The notes below the pieces were generated by a model, which had not been told where the DNA came from, made no database searches, and saw only the letters and a list, made by a program, of their open reading frames with translations. From positions 671 through 64,670 of the forward strand of contig JACQFE010000074.1 in the NCBI GenBank assembly GCA_016200265.1: 64,000 nucleotides of DNA. The letters are read 5' to 3'. Below, piece by piece: positions 56,507 to 64,000 of this stretch. This DNA is from Planctomycetota bacterium. GTDB taxonomy: Bacteria; Planctomycetota; Phycisphaerae; UBA1845. The stretch's first letter is position 1. The number at the start of each line of letters is the position of its first letter. A program made the position numbers and the translations under genes.

Positions 56507-56758
56507 ATTGCATGCCGACGACCGAATTCGAACGCTCTTCCTTGCGTAGACCAAATGCTACGCATGATGTCTGTCGGTTCCTGGCTCGCGGTTTGACTTC
56601 AATCCACTCTTGCAATTTAATATGTTCGGTCCTGCGGCAAGCTGGCGCGTTGCCGCGAATTTAGTTTGAATCACGTCTTTTAGACGAAAATTATTGGCGC
56701 GTCGTGTGGTCCTTGTGGACGAAACATGTGCCGTTATCTCAAATTGGAGGAAAGTTCA

Positions 56759-58318
56759 ATGAAATCGCAGTACCTTTCATCTTCATTTTCAAGAGTGGCT
56801 TGCGCGTTCGTGGTTACAGGCGCCGCGGCGTTATCCATCGGCGGGTGCCCGCCGACCACGCCTCCAGGTGGCGGCGGTGGAACCGGGGTGACTCAGGCCC
56901 AGGTCGATCAGTTGATCGCCGACAATTTCAATGCGGTGAACCGTGATTTGGCTCTGTGGAACATTCAGCCCGGGCTGGGCACGGTGATGATTGAATACGG
57001 GAAGCGATTCGCATTGCTCAAATTCGCGGCGGACTCCGGTGATTGGGGTATGGCCCAGTATCAGCTTAAGGAGGCCATCGAAATTCAAGAAGTCGGCGAG
57101 ACCACGCGTCCCGCAAATGCGGCGCTGCTCAAGAACTTTGAAGACACCAATCTCGCGCCTCTGAGCGCGGCGATTCAGGCGAAGGACGCCACCGCATTCA
57201 ACACCGCCTTTACGCAGGCGATCGCAGGATGCAACGCCTGTCACGTGGCGACCGGACACGACTACGTTGTCATCCAGCCGCCGACGGTGCAGCCGGAGGA
57301 TTTCCTGTTGCTTGCCGCAAGCGACACTCAAACTTCCTCGCCGTCAACACCAACCACTCCGCCGACGCCGGGAACAACTCCGCTTTCATGGGCCGAGTTG
57401 ACTCAGACTGTTGACGACGTCTTCAACACCGTCGACAGGAACCTCGCCCTATGGAACATTCAGCCGGGTCTGGGAACCGTGATGATGGAGTATGGAAAAC
57501 GATTGGCCTTGATCAAATTCGCCGCGGATGCAGGCGACTGGGGGATGGCCCAGTATCAGCTCAAGGAGGCGATTGAGATTCAGGAAGTCGGTGAGACGAC
57601 ACGTCCGGCACGCGCGCCGCTCCTCAAGAACTTTGAACAGACGTACCTCGATCCCCTGAGCACGGCAATCAACGCTCAAGATTCCACCGCCTTTGGTACG
57701 GCCTACACGCAGGCGATTTCCGGGTGCAACGCATGCCACGTCGCCACGGGATTCAGCTTCGTCCGCTTTCAGTCTCCGCCGACGCAACCACAGACATTTC
57801 TGGTGCTCGGTCCAAGTGACGTAACGCCGCCTTCAACCACGCCGCCATCGACGCCTGCAACGCCCACATTCCCATCTGGAAACCCGACCGAAGCCGACGC
57901 CACAACTCTCATTCAAGACAAATTGAACACTCTTGATCGAGATTTGGCGCTCTGGAACATTCAACCGGGTCTGGGCACGGTCATGCAGGAATATGGCCAT
58001 CGGTTTGCGTTGACTTCATTGGCCGCCGATGCCGGGAATTGGGGCATGGCCGCTTACCAGCTCAAGGAGGCCATTGAGATTCAGGAAGTCGGTGAAACCA
58101 CTCGTCCGGCGCGGGCGGACCTATTGAAGAATTTCGAGCACACAAATTTAGATCCCCTGAGTGCGGCAATTACGGCGCAGGACACGGCGGCCTTTCACAC
58201 GGCCTACACGCAAGCGATCGCGGGCTGCAATGCATGCCATGTCAGCACCGGATTCTCATTTGTCGTCGTGCAAAATCCACCAGATAGTCCGGCGGACTTC
58301 CTGAAGCTTGCGAATTAA
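56759..58318 (+). CDS. Lipoprotein with three tandem ~165-aa class-II (cytochrome c'/c556-like) CxxCH domains
   Basis: Track ORF 56726..58318; ATG 56759 is preceded by GGAGG (56746-56750). The lipobox-like sequence is LSIGGC. Three repeats share LALWNIQPGLGTVMxEYGxRxAL...WGMAxYQLKEAIEIQEVGETTRPA...AFxTAYTQAIxGCNACHVxTG. CNACH codons start at 57230, 57725 and 58226. Pro/Thr linkers separate the repeats. Confidence 0.7.
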   Translation: MKSQYLSSSFSRVACAFVVTGAAALSIGGCPPTTPPGGGGGTGVTQAQVDQLIADNFNAVNRDLALWNIQPGLGTVMIEYGKRFALLKFAADSGDWGMAQYQLKEAIEIQEVGETTRPANAALLKNFEDTNLAPLSAAIQAKDATAFNTAFTQAIAGCNACHVATGHDYVVIQPPTVQPEDFLLLAASDTQTSSPSTPTTPPTPGTTPLSWAELTQTVDDVFNTVDRNLALWNIQPGLGTVMMEYGKRLALIKFAADAGDWGMAQYQLKEAIEIQEVGETTRPARAPLLKNFEQTYLDPLSTAINAQDSTAFGTAYTQAISGCNACHVATGFSFVRFQSPPTQPQTFLVLGPSDVTPPSTTPPSTPATPTFPSGNPTEADATTLIQDKLNTLDRDLALWNIQPGLGTVMQEYGHRFALTSLAADAGNWGMAAYQLKEAIEIQEVGETTRPARADLLKNFEHTNLDPLSAAITAQDTAAFHTAYTQAIAGCNACHVSTGFSFVVVQNPPDSPADFLKLAN

Positions 58319-58452
58319 GGGAGATGAACCGGGTTCTGTTGAAATCCAGCCAGTACGTTTGCCAACTTCCGCGATGAAAGACGCGGAAGCGGATCTGACT
58401 ATGGGCGTGGTCCCAGGTTACAAATGGTGCAACCTGGGCCACTTGACCCATG

Positions 58453-58515
58453 AGCGGTTCTTCATGGTAGCGCCTGCCCGCAGGCACAAAAGACGTCATC
58501 GTCGAATTCCCGCAG
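58453..58515 (+). repeat. Degenerate duplicate of the fdx 3' end
   Basis: The segment 58453-58515 matches fdx 56411-56473 at 49 of 63 positions, and at 30 of 32 in the core ggcacaaaagacgtc(g/a)tcgtcgaa(a/t)tcccgca. In the fdx frame the copy contains a stop (SGSSW*RLPAGTKDVIVEFPQ). Confidence 0.8.
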
Positions 58516-58590
58516 TCATGTCAAGATCTGGGTTTTGTCTGAATGCGCCTCTCCCTTCCACGGAGAGGGGTTTGCTGTGAGCGTCATGGG

Positions 58591-59139
58591 TTAAGGTGCA
58601 GCCTGAGGCGGCTTGGGCGCCGCCCTTTGCGCGTCATTCAGGAATGCGATGAACTCGCCGGCGGGGATGAAGCCTTCGGTGCGGGCGAGGACGTCGCCAT
58701 TGACATTCAGCACCAGATACGTCGGCGTGGCGAAGACTTGATATTTCTGGGCAATTTCCAGATTCGTGACCCCATTCAAACGCACGGGCACAAATTCGCA
58801 AAGGGCCTTGCGAACATCTTCATTGGGAAAGACCACGCGATCCATGGCCTTACAAGGCGGGCATTCTTCGAGATAGAAATCGACGACGACGTTTTTGTTG
58901 GCGGCGTGGGCCTGGGCCATGGCTAGCTTGAAATCCTCGCCCCAGCCTTCGGGCTTGTCCGGCGGTCGAGAGACAAAAAAGTAAATGCCGAATGCGGCGG
59001 CCAATACGACGGTTGTCGCCCAGAACCGTTTGTTTCCTTGCGTAGACGCTTCGCGAAACGGTGCCTCCGCGTGGGCGGGAAAGATGCCGGGCGTGTCGTC
59101 CAATGGAGTCATATCAAGCTCACCGAGTCCATAGATCAA
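58591..59139 (-). CDS. Membrane-anchored thioredoxin-fold protein (CPPC active site)
   Basis: TM helix reads FWATTVVLAAAFGIYFFV. The thioredoxin-like motif is VVDFYLEECPPCKAMD. Confidence 0.75.
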   Translation of the reverse strand: MIYGLGELDMTPLDDTPGIFPAHAEAPFREASTQGNKRFWATTVVLAAAFGIYFFVSRPPDKPEGWGEDFKLAMAQAHAANKNVVVDFYLEECPPCKAMDRVVFPNEDVRKALCEFVPVRLNGVTNLEIAQKYQVFATPTYLVLNVNGDVLARTEGFIPAGEFIAFLNDAQRAAPKPPQAAP

Positions 59140-59152
59140 TTGTAGTCACTGC

Positions 59153-59300
59153 CTAGGCGTGGGCCACTGCTTGCGCGTGGTAATTTGTGTGGCGCGGGTT
59201 TACAACCTGTAAGATCACCGGTTGGAAACCAGTGCCACAGATTCCGTGTTGTGACCGGTAAGAAACCGGGCCACGAAGTGAGGCCCGCGGCGGAGTCAAA
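59153..59300. repeat. Intergenic region with further palindromic repeat units
   Basis: The near-palindrome caccggttggaaaccagtg (59216-59234) and accggtaagaaaccggg (59254-59270) are of the same style as other intergenic repeats. Confidence 0.4.
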
Positions 59301-59341
59301 CAATCAAACATCTTAACGTCATCAATCATCCGACACAGTCC

Positions 59342-62257
59342 ATGTCGCATCCAACGCGCGATGGTGCGTTAAGCCCGCTTGCTTCCGAATTGGAGGCGAA
59401 GCTGAAGGCATCGGTCGAGGGCGATGTGCGTTTCGATCGGCTGTCGCGAACGCTGTATTCCACGGACGCGAGCATTTACGAAATCATTCCGCTGGGCGTG
59501 GTTTCCCCTCGCGGCGTTGCCGACATTGTGACAACGGTGAATCTTTGTCGTGAAGCGGGCGTGCCGATTGTGGCTCGTGGCGGCGGGACGGGGTTGGCCG
59601 GCGGCGCGGTCGGATTCGGCGCACAGCTCGATCTTTCGCGATATATGAACCGCATCGGCGAGTTGAATGTCGCTGCGCGGACCATCGAAGTCGAGCCGGG
59701 CGTTGTGCTGGACGAATTGAATGCTCATCTTGCGCCGCATGGCCTGCGGTTTGCGCCGGACGTGGCCACCAGCAGCCGAGCAACAATCGGCGGCATGATC
59801 GCGAATAACTCCTGCGGCGCGAATTCGGTGGTCTACGGGCGGACGGTCGATCATGTGCAGGAGTTAACGATCATACTTTCTGACCGGAGTACTTTGCGAT
59901 TCGCCGCGTTCAACGATCGCTCCCAACAATCGCCAGACTCCATCGAATCGAAACTGGGTGCCATCCGCGACGCGAATCATGCCGAAATTCAACGGCGATT
60001 TCCGAAAGTGATGCGAAGCAATGGCGGCTACGGATTGGACCGACTTGGGGTGCCGGGAACGCCAATTGACGCAACCAAGATCCTATGCGGCAGCGAAGGG
60101 ACGCTGGGCGTCATCGCCTCCGCGAAGCTCAAGCTCGTTCCGCTTCCAAAGACGCAAGGCCTCGTTGTGCTGCACTTTCGCGGGATTTCCGAAGCGTTGC
60201 GAACGACTCCGCGGATTCTGGAGCACAAGCCATCGTCCGTTGAGTTGATTGATCGACTGATCATTAATGCAGGCCGAAAGAATGCGGCCTTGGCGGAGCG
60301 TCTCGATTTTCTTCAGGGTGAGCCGGAGGCGTTGCTGGTCGTTGAGTTTTTCGCGGATGACGAAGCGGAACTCAATTCTCGCATTGAAATGCTTTGCGCG
60401 GATCAAGAGATTTCTCACTCTGCTTTCGCGGCCATTCCGATTGTCGGGCCGAAACAGGCGGACGTCTGGAAACTGCGAACTTCAGGGCTTGGCCTGCTCA
60501 TGTCCCGGCCCGGCGATGCGCAGCCCTACTCATTCGTCGAAGACAGCGCGGTCGATCCATCGCGACTCGCGGACTACATCGAGCGCTTGCAGAGGATTCT
60601 GGAATTCGAGGGCGTTCACGCGGGATTCTATGCGCACGCCAGCGTGGGTTGCATTCATGTCAAGCCGGTATTGAATCTGAAATCCGGCACGGATATTGAA
60701 AAAATGCGGCGTATCGCGGACGCTGCCAGCGACTTGGCACTCGAATTCGGCGGGGCCATGACCGGTGAGCATGGCGACGGTATCGTTCGCTCGTATTGGC
60801 TGGAAAAGATGTATGGCCCGCAAATCATGAACGCTTTTCGAGCAGTCAAGCAATTGTTCGATCCGCATGATTTGTTCAATCCGCACAAGATCGTGGACCC
60901 CTGGCCAATGACCAAGCACCTTCGGCAGGGCCCGGATTTGCGCTCGCTGCCGGTCAAGACGACGCTGGATTTTGATGAACATGGCGGGATGGCCGGCCTC
61001 GCGGGCATGTGTACCGGCGTTGGTCAATGTCGTCAGAATCTGGTGGGCACGATGTGTCCGTCTTTCATGGCCACCGGCGATGAGACGCATACAACTCGGG
61101 CGCGGGCCAATGCGCTGCGAATCGCATTGTCGAATCGCGGGCTGCTCAACGGACTGAATGATCCCTGCCTTGATGAAGTCATGGATTTGTGCATCGGATG
61201 CAAGGCGTGCAAGACGGAGTGTCCGACGGGCGTGGACATGGCTCGACTGAAGGCCGAATTCCTGCATCATCGAAATCTTGTGCGCGGATCGAGCGAACGA
61301 TCGCGATTGATTTCGGGCCTGCCTACGCGACTGGCGTCAGCGAGTCGGTTTCCGCGAATCGCAAATCTGATCTCTCAGTCGTCGTGGATGCGAGCCTATC
61401 TTGATCGGCGCTACGGCATTGATGCCCGCGTCGCGCCGCCAATGTTGGCCCGGCGGACTTTTCGCTCGTGGTGGCGGGCACACCACTGCGATATCCAGAA
61501 ACATCGCAATCAGCCAGAATCGCGCAAGAAAGCAAACACCGATCGCGGTCAGGTTGTTTACTTTTTGGACACATGGACTAACTACTTTTGTCCGCAAGTC
61601 GGAATTGCCACGATCAAATTGCTCGAACGCGCGGGTTACGAAGTTTTCTGCCCGAGCGTACGGTGTTGCGGGAGACCGGCAATCAGTCAGGGGCTACTGG
61701 GCGAGGCGACGGAACTTGCGACGTTTAATGTGGATCGGCTCTCGCAGTGGGCCGCAAGCGGAACGCCGATTGTAGGCACGGAGCCAAGTTGCCTGCTGAC
61801 ACTCGTGGACGAATATCCGCAACTGATCCGCACCAACGCCGCTCGGCGAGTGGCCAAGCAGAGTCGGCTTGTCGAATCGTTGCTGTGTGAAACCGTAAGT
61901 TCGGATTCAAATGCGCTGGCGTTTCGATCGGATTCTTCGGTACGATTTCACGCGCATTGCCATCAGAAGGCGATTGTCGGCACTGCCGACGCTCGAACAC
62001 TCATGCAATTTGCATTTGGTGACGGCGCGAGTGAAATTAGCAGCGGATGCTGCGGTATGGCGGGAGCTTTTGGGCATGAGAAGGAACACTACGACGTCGC
62101 TCGTGCCATCGGTGAGCAGCGACTGTTCCCGGCCATTCGCGAACGAGGCCGTGCGAAGATTGCCATCAGCGGGTTCAGTTGTCGGCATCAGATCGAGACG
62201 CACACGGACGCGAGGCCTCGGCATCTGGCGGAGTATCTCGCCGACGCATTGATTTGA
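59342..62257 (+). CDS. FAD-linked oxidase fused to 4Fe-4S dicluster and CCG domains (YdiJ / GlcD-GlcF fusion-like 2-hydroxyacid dehydrogenase)
   Basis: The FAD_binding_4 region reads VARGGGTGLAGGAV. The C-terminal oxidase domain reads GEHGDGIVR. Ferredoxin-type motifs are CTGVGQCRQN...CP and CIGCKACKTECP. Two Cys-rich CCG-like regions follow. Confidence 0.8.
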   Translation: MSHPTRDGALSPLASELEAKLKASVEGDVRFDRLSRTLYSTDASIYEIIPLGVVSPRGVADIVTTVNLCREAGVPIVARGGGTGLAGGAVGFGAQLDLSRYMNRIGELNVAARTIEVEPGVVLDELNAHLAPHGLRFAPDVATSSRATIGGMIANNSCGANSVVYGRTVDHVQELTIILSDRSTLRFAAFNDRSQQSPDSIESKLGAIRDANHAEIQRRFPKVMRSNGGYGLDRLGVPGTPIDATKILCGSEGTLGVIASAKLKLVPLPKTQGLVVLHFRGISEALRTTPRILEHKPSSVELIDRLIINAGRKNAALAERLDFLQGEPEALLVVEFFADDEAELNSRIEMLCADQEISHSAFAAIPIVGPKQADVWKLRTSGLGLLMSRPGDAQPYSFVEDSAVDPSRLADYIERLQRILEFEGVHAGFYAHASVGCIHVKPVLNLKSGTDIEKMRRIADAASDLALEFGGAMTGEHGDGIVRSYWLEKMYGPQIMNAFRAVKQLFDPHDLFNPHKIVDPWPMTKHLRQGPDLRSLPVKTTLDFDEHGGMAGLAGMCTGVGQCRQNLVGTMCPSFMATGDETHTTRARANALRIALSNRGLLNGLNDPCLDEVMDLCIGCKACKTECPTGVDMARLKAEFLHHRNLVRGSSERSRLISGLPTRLASASRFPRIANLISQSSWMRAYLDRRYGIDARVAPPMLARRTFRSWWRAHHCDIQKHRNQPESRKKANTDRGQVVYFLDTWTNYFCPQVGIATIKLLERAGYEVFCPSVRCCGRPAISQGLLGEATELATFNVDRLSQWAASGTPIVGTEPSCLLTLVDEYPQLIRTNAARRVAKQSRLVESLLCETVSSDSNALAFRSDSSVRFHAHCHQKAIVGTADARTLMQFAFGDGASEISSGCCGMAGAFGHEKEHYDVARAIGEQRLFPAIRERGRAKIAISGFSCRHQIETHTDARPRHLAEYLADALI

Positions 62258-62279
62258 TTCTTTAGTATTTGGAGGAACT

Positions 62280-62870
62280 TTGATGACGCGGCATGGCACA
62301 TTGTTGATGTTACTTGCGACGATTTCTTGTGGCGGCTGTTGCTTTCATGGAATGAGTAATGATGAATTGGCAAAGATGCGTCCGTCGCGCCCTGAGGCCC
62401 TGGATCGACTCAACATGCTTGCCGGTGATTGGGAGACGACGGGTGAAATTCGCATGGCCTTCGCGAATGAAGTGATCCGGACGCACGGACATAACTACGC
62501 CGATTGGGATGTGGATCGACACTTGCTTGTTGACCACTCTGAGATGGACATGGGGCCAATGGGTCTGATGAGCGGGCTGACGGTGTGGGGCTATGACGAA
62601 TCGAAGGGTCGGTATCGGATGTCGTGGTTCGACAGTTTTGGCGAGGCCTCGACGGCGACGGCCCGTTTTCATGAAATGGATAGAACCTGGCACATGAAAA
62701 TGAAGGGTCGGATGCACGGGTTTACGATTTGCGGCACTGGCACGATCCGCCATGTTGACGAGAATACGCTGGAATGGACGTGGATCGAGCGGGTGTGGGG
62801 CATTTACGAAGTTGCGAACATGAAGGGAACCAGTCAGAGGTCGATCCGCTATGACGGACTGAACCCCTAA
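62280..62870 (+). CDS. DUF1579-like lipoprotein
   Basis: The signal/lipobox-like N-terminus reads LLMLLATISCGGC. The LNMLAGDWETTGE... pattern is typical of DUF1579. The family call is tentative. Confidence 0.5.
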   Translation: MMTRHGTLLMLLATISCGGCCFHGMSNDELAKMRPSRPEALDRLNMLAGDWETTGEIRMAFANEVIRTHGHNYADWDVDRHLLVDHSEMDMGPMGLMSGLTVWGYDESKGRYRMSWFDSFGEASTATARFHEMDRTWHMKMKGRMHGFTICGTGTIRHVDENTLEWTWIERVWGIYEVANMKGTSQRSIRYDGLNP

Positions 62871-62964
62871 CGCTAGCGGCAATTGACCTGCACAAATTCC
62901 GCAGCTAACTTGCTGTGGAATCTTGACTGGATTGAACTTGTTCATTGCACGCTGCGTCAAAAAA

Positions 62965-63897
62965 ATGAAATATCCGAATCGCTCACAACCCAATCGCTTG
63001 CTGAATGCCGCGTGCGTCGTTGGCATCTTGGCGCTTGCCTCGTGCAGGGACTCCGAGCCTTCGCCGGCGTTCCCCGGAGACGTCGGCGAAAACGATCGAG
63101 TGTTGCTACCGCCGCCCGGGGCCTGGCATGATGCTGCCACAAACAAGGGACAGGCAGAATGGCATCCGTTCAAGAAAATCGAACCGACTGCAGTCGCCAC
63201 CAAGTCGGCTCCCCGCGGTCAAGGCGGCGCCGAGAAGGAAGCCGAGGCGGCCCCGGCCGGCGGCGTCGATCCGAAAATTGAGGAAGAAATCCGCGGGCTT
63301 CTGAAGGATTACAATGGCCTGCTTGCAGACGACAAGTTCACCGATGCCATTGACTTTTTCATCAAGAACGAAGCGGCTTCGGTCAAGGCGCTGATCGAAT
63401 TGCTGCCCGATGTTTCAAAAAAGCTCAATGAATTGGCATCCGCTTGGCCTGAGCAAAAGGCGGCACTGGAAATGCTCGCCGCGAACTTGGAGCCGAAGAC
63501 CGCGTTAAAGCTTGAACTGGCCAAGCTCAAGTCCGCGAATGACAAGAAGGCCGCAGGAACGCTTTCCAATGCACCCCGTTTAGGAATGCTCTTTGTAGAT
63601 CCAAAGCCTGCCGGAGGCTCGACGGATATCCGTTTCATTGTCGAGGGCGATGTATGGTCGATCGACTTGCCCGCGTTGGCACAGGTTGCCAAGGGCGCCG
63701 ATGGGAAAAAACTGCTCTCGGATCTCGATGCCGCGATAGCCGATGCCAAAGCAAACTCCCTAACGCTCGATACCCTGCAGAAGAAACTGCCCGGCCTTGC
63801 CGCCGAACTTGCAAGCGGCGGAAAACCTGGTGGCGCAGATGCGAAGGACAGCGACGCCGACAAGAAGAAAGAAGAGCCCGAAAAGAATTCCGGATAA
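62965..63897 (+). CDS. Hypothetical secreted lipoprotein, Ala/Lys/Glu-rich
   Basis: Track ORF 62923..63897. ATG 62965 gives MKYPNRSQPNRLLNAACVVGILALASC (lipobox LASC). Confidence 0.55.
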   Translation: MKYPNRSQPNRLLNAACVVGILALASCRDSEPSPAFPGDVGENDRVLLPPPGAWHDAATNKGQAEWHPFKKIEPTAVATKSAPRGQGGAEKEAEAAPAGGVDPKIEEEIRGLLKDYNGLLADDKFTDAIDFFIKNEAASVKALIELLPDVSKKLNELASAWPEQKAALEMLAANLEPKTALKLELAKLKSANDKKAAGTLSNAPRLGMLFVDPKPAGGSTDIRFIVEGDVWSIDLPALAQVAKGADGKKLLSDLDAAIADAKANSLTLDTLQKKLPGLAAELASGGKPGGADAKDSDADKKKEEPEKNSG

Positions 63898-63900
63898 CCG

Positions 63901-64000
63901 ATGTCCGATTCTGTTCTTTTTTCCCGTTCCCGCCGTGAAATTGAACTCTACCTTAAATTGACGCCATGTTCGCATTGCGGGCGGCCCTATCTATGTGTCT
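63901..64000 (+). CDS. Start of an ORF running off the right edge (hypothetical)
   Basis: The ATG at 63901 lies 3 nt after the previous stop. The frame is open to the window end (MSDSVLFSRSRREIELYLKLTPCSHCGRPYLCV...). It is not in the track because it lacks a stop. Confidence 0.35.
   Translation, partial: MSDSVLFSRSRREIELYLKLTPCSHCGRPYLCV

Noticed and set aside
56545-56567. The hairpin tgcgtag-N8-ctacgca after fdx, and the hairpin cctctcc-N7-ggagagg at 58549-58569, considered as intrinsic terminators.
   Set aside because: Neither is followed by a convincing U-tract, so they are not called as terminators. They may still be structured RNA ends.

Overview
High-GC ~64 kb chromosomal segment. 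Its gene content fits a Planctomycetota-like genome: giant Cys-rich and DCNxNGIPDxC-repeat secreted proteins, an ECF sigma + Ser/Thr kinase pair, sigma-54, and many families of G/C-rich palindromic intergenic repeats. The taxon call is inference only. At the left edge a PUFA/polyketide-type synthase ORF of more than 2,160 codons lies on the minus strand; the supplied ORF track misses it because it has no stop inside the window. Next come two large secreted repeat proteins, a PhoB/PhoR-like two-component pair, and a ~1,040-aa cysteine-rich secreted protein with a 3 x 186 bp tandem repeat. These are followed by an ECF sigma + TPR Ser/Thr kinase pair, a small islet holding a REP-flanked IS200/RAYT-type Y1 transposase and a HIRAN protein, a DUF1264 protein and rpoN. 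After rpoN there is an operon of a membrane-anchored, Walker-A-degenerate GspE/PilB-like protein, a CvpA-like membrane protein and an orphan HlyD adaptor. Housekeeping genes follow (amidohydrolase, pyrC, PilZ, pgi, an MFS-acyltransferase fusion). Then comes a NitT/TauT-type ABC importer whose binding-protein gene carries one in-frame TGA, a 1,081-aa DCN-repeat/PMP-repeat/dockerin-like protein, ppiB and ygfZ. A complete iscR-iscS-iscU-iscA-hscB-hscA-fdx operon follows, with hscA carrying an in-frame palindromic-repeat insertion. Downstream lies a lipoprotein built from three tandem class-II-cytochrome-c-like CxxCH domains, bracketed by a duplicated fdx 3' end. The window ends with a thioredoxin-like protein, a YdiJ-like FAD/Fe-S oxidase and small lipoproteins. 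No rRNA, tRNA or CRISPR array was recognised. All calls rest on motifs read by eye from the sequence and ORF track; no database search or computation was possible.
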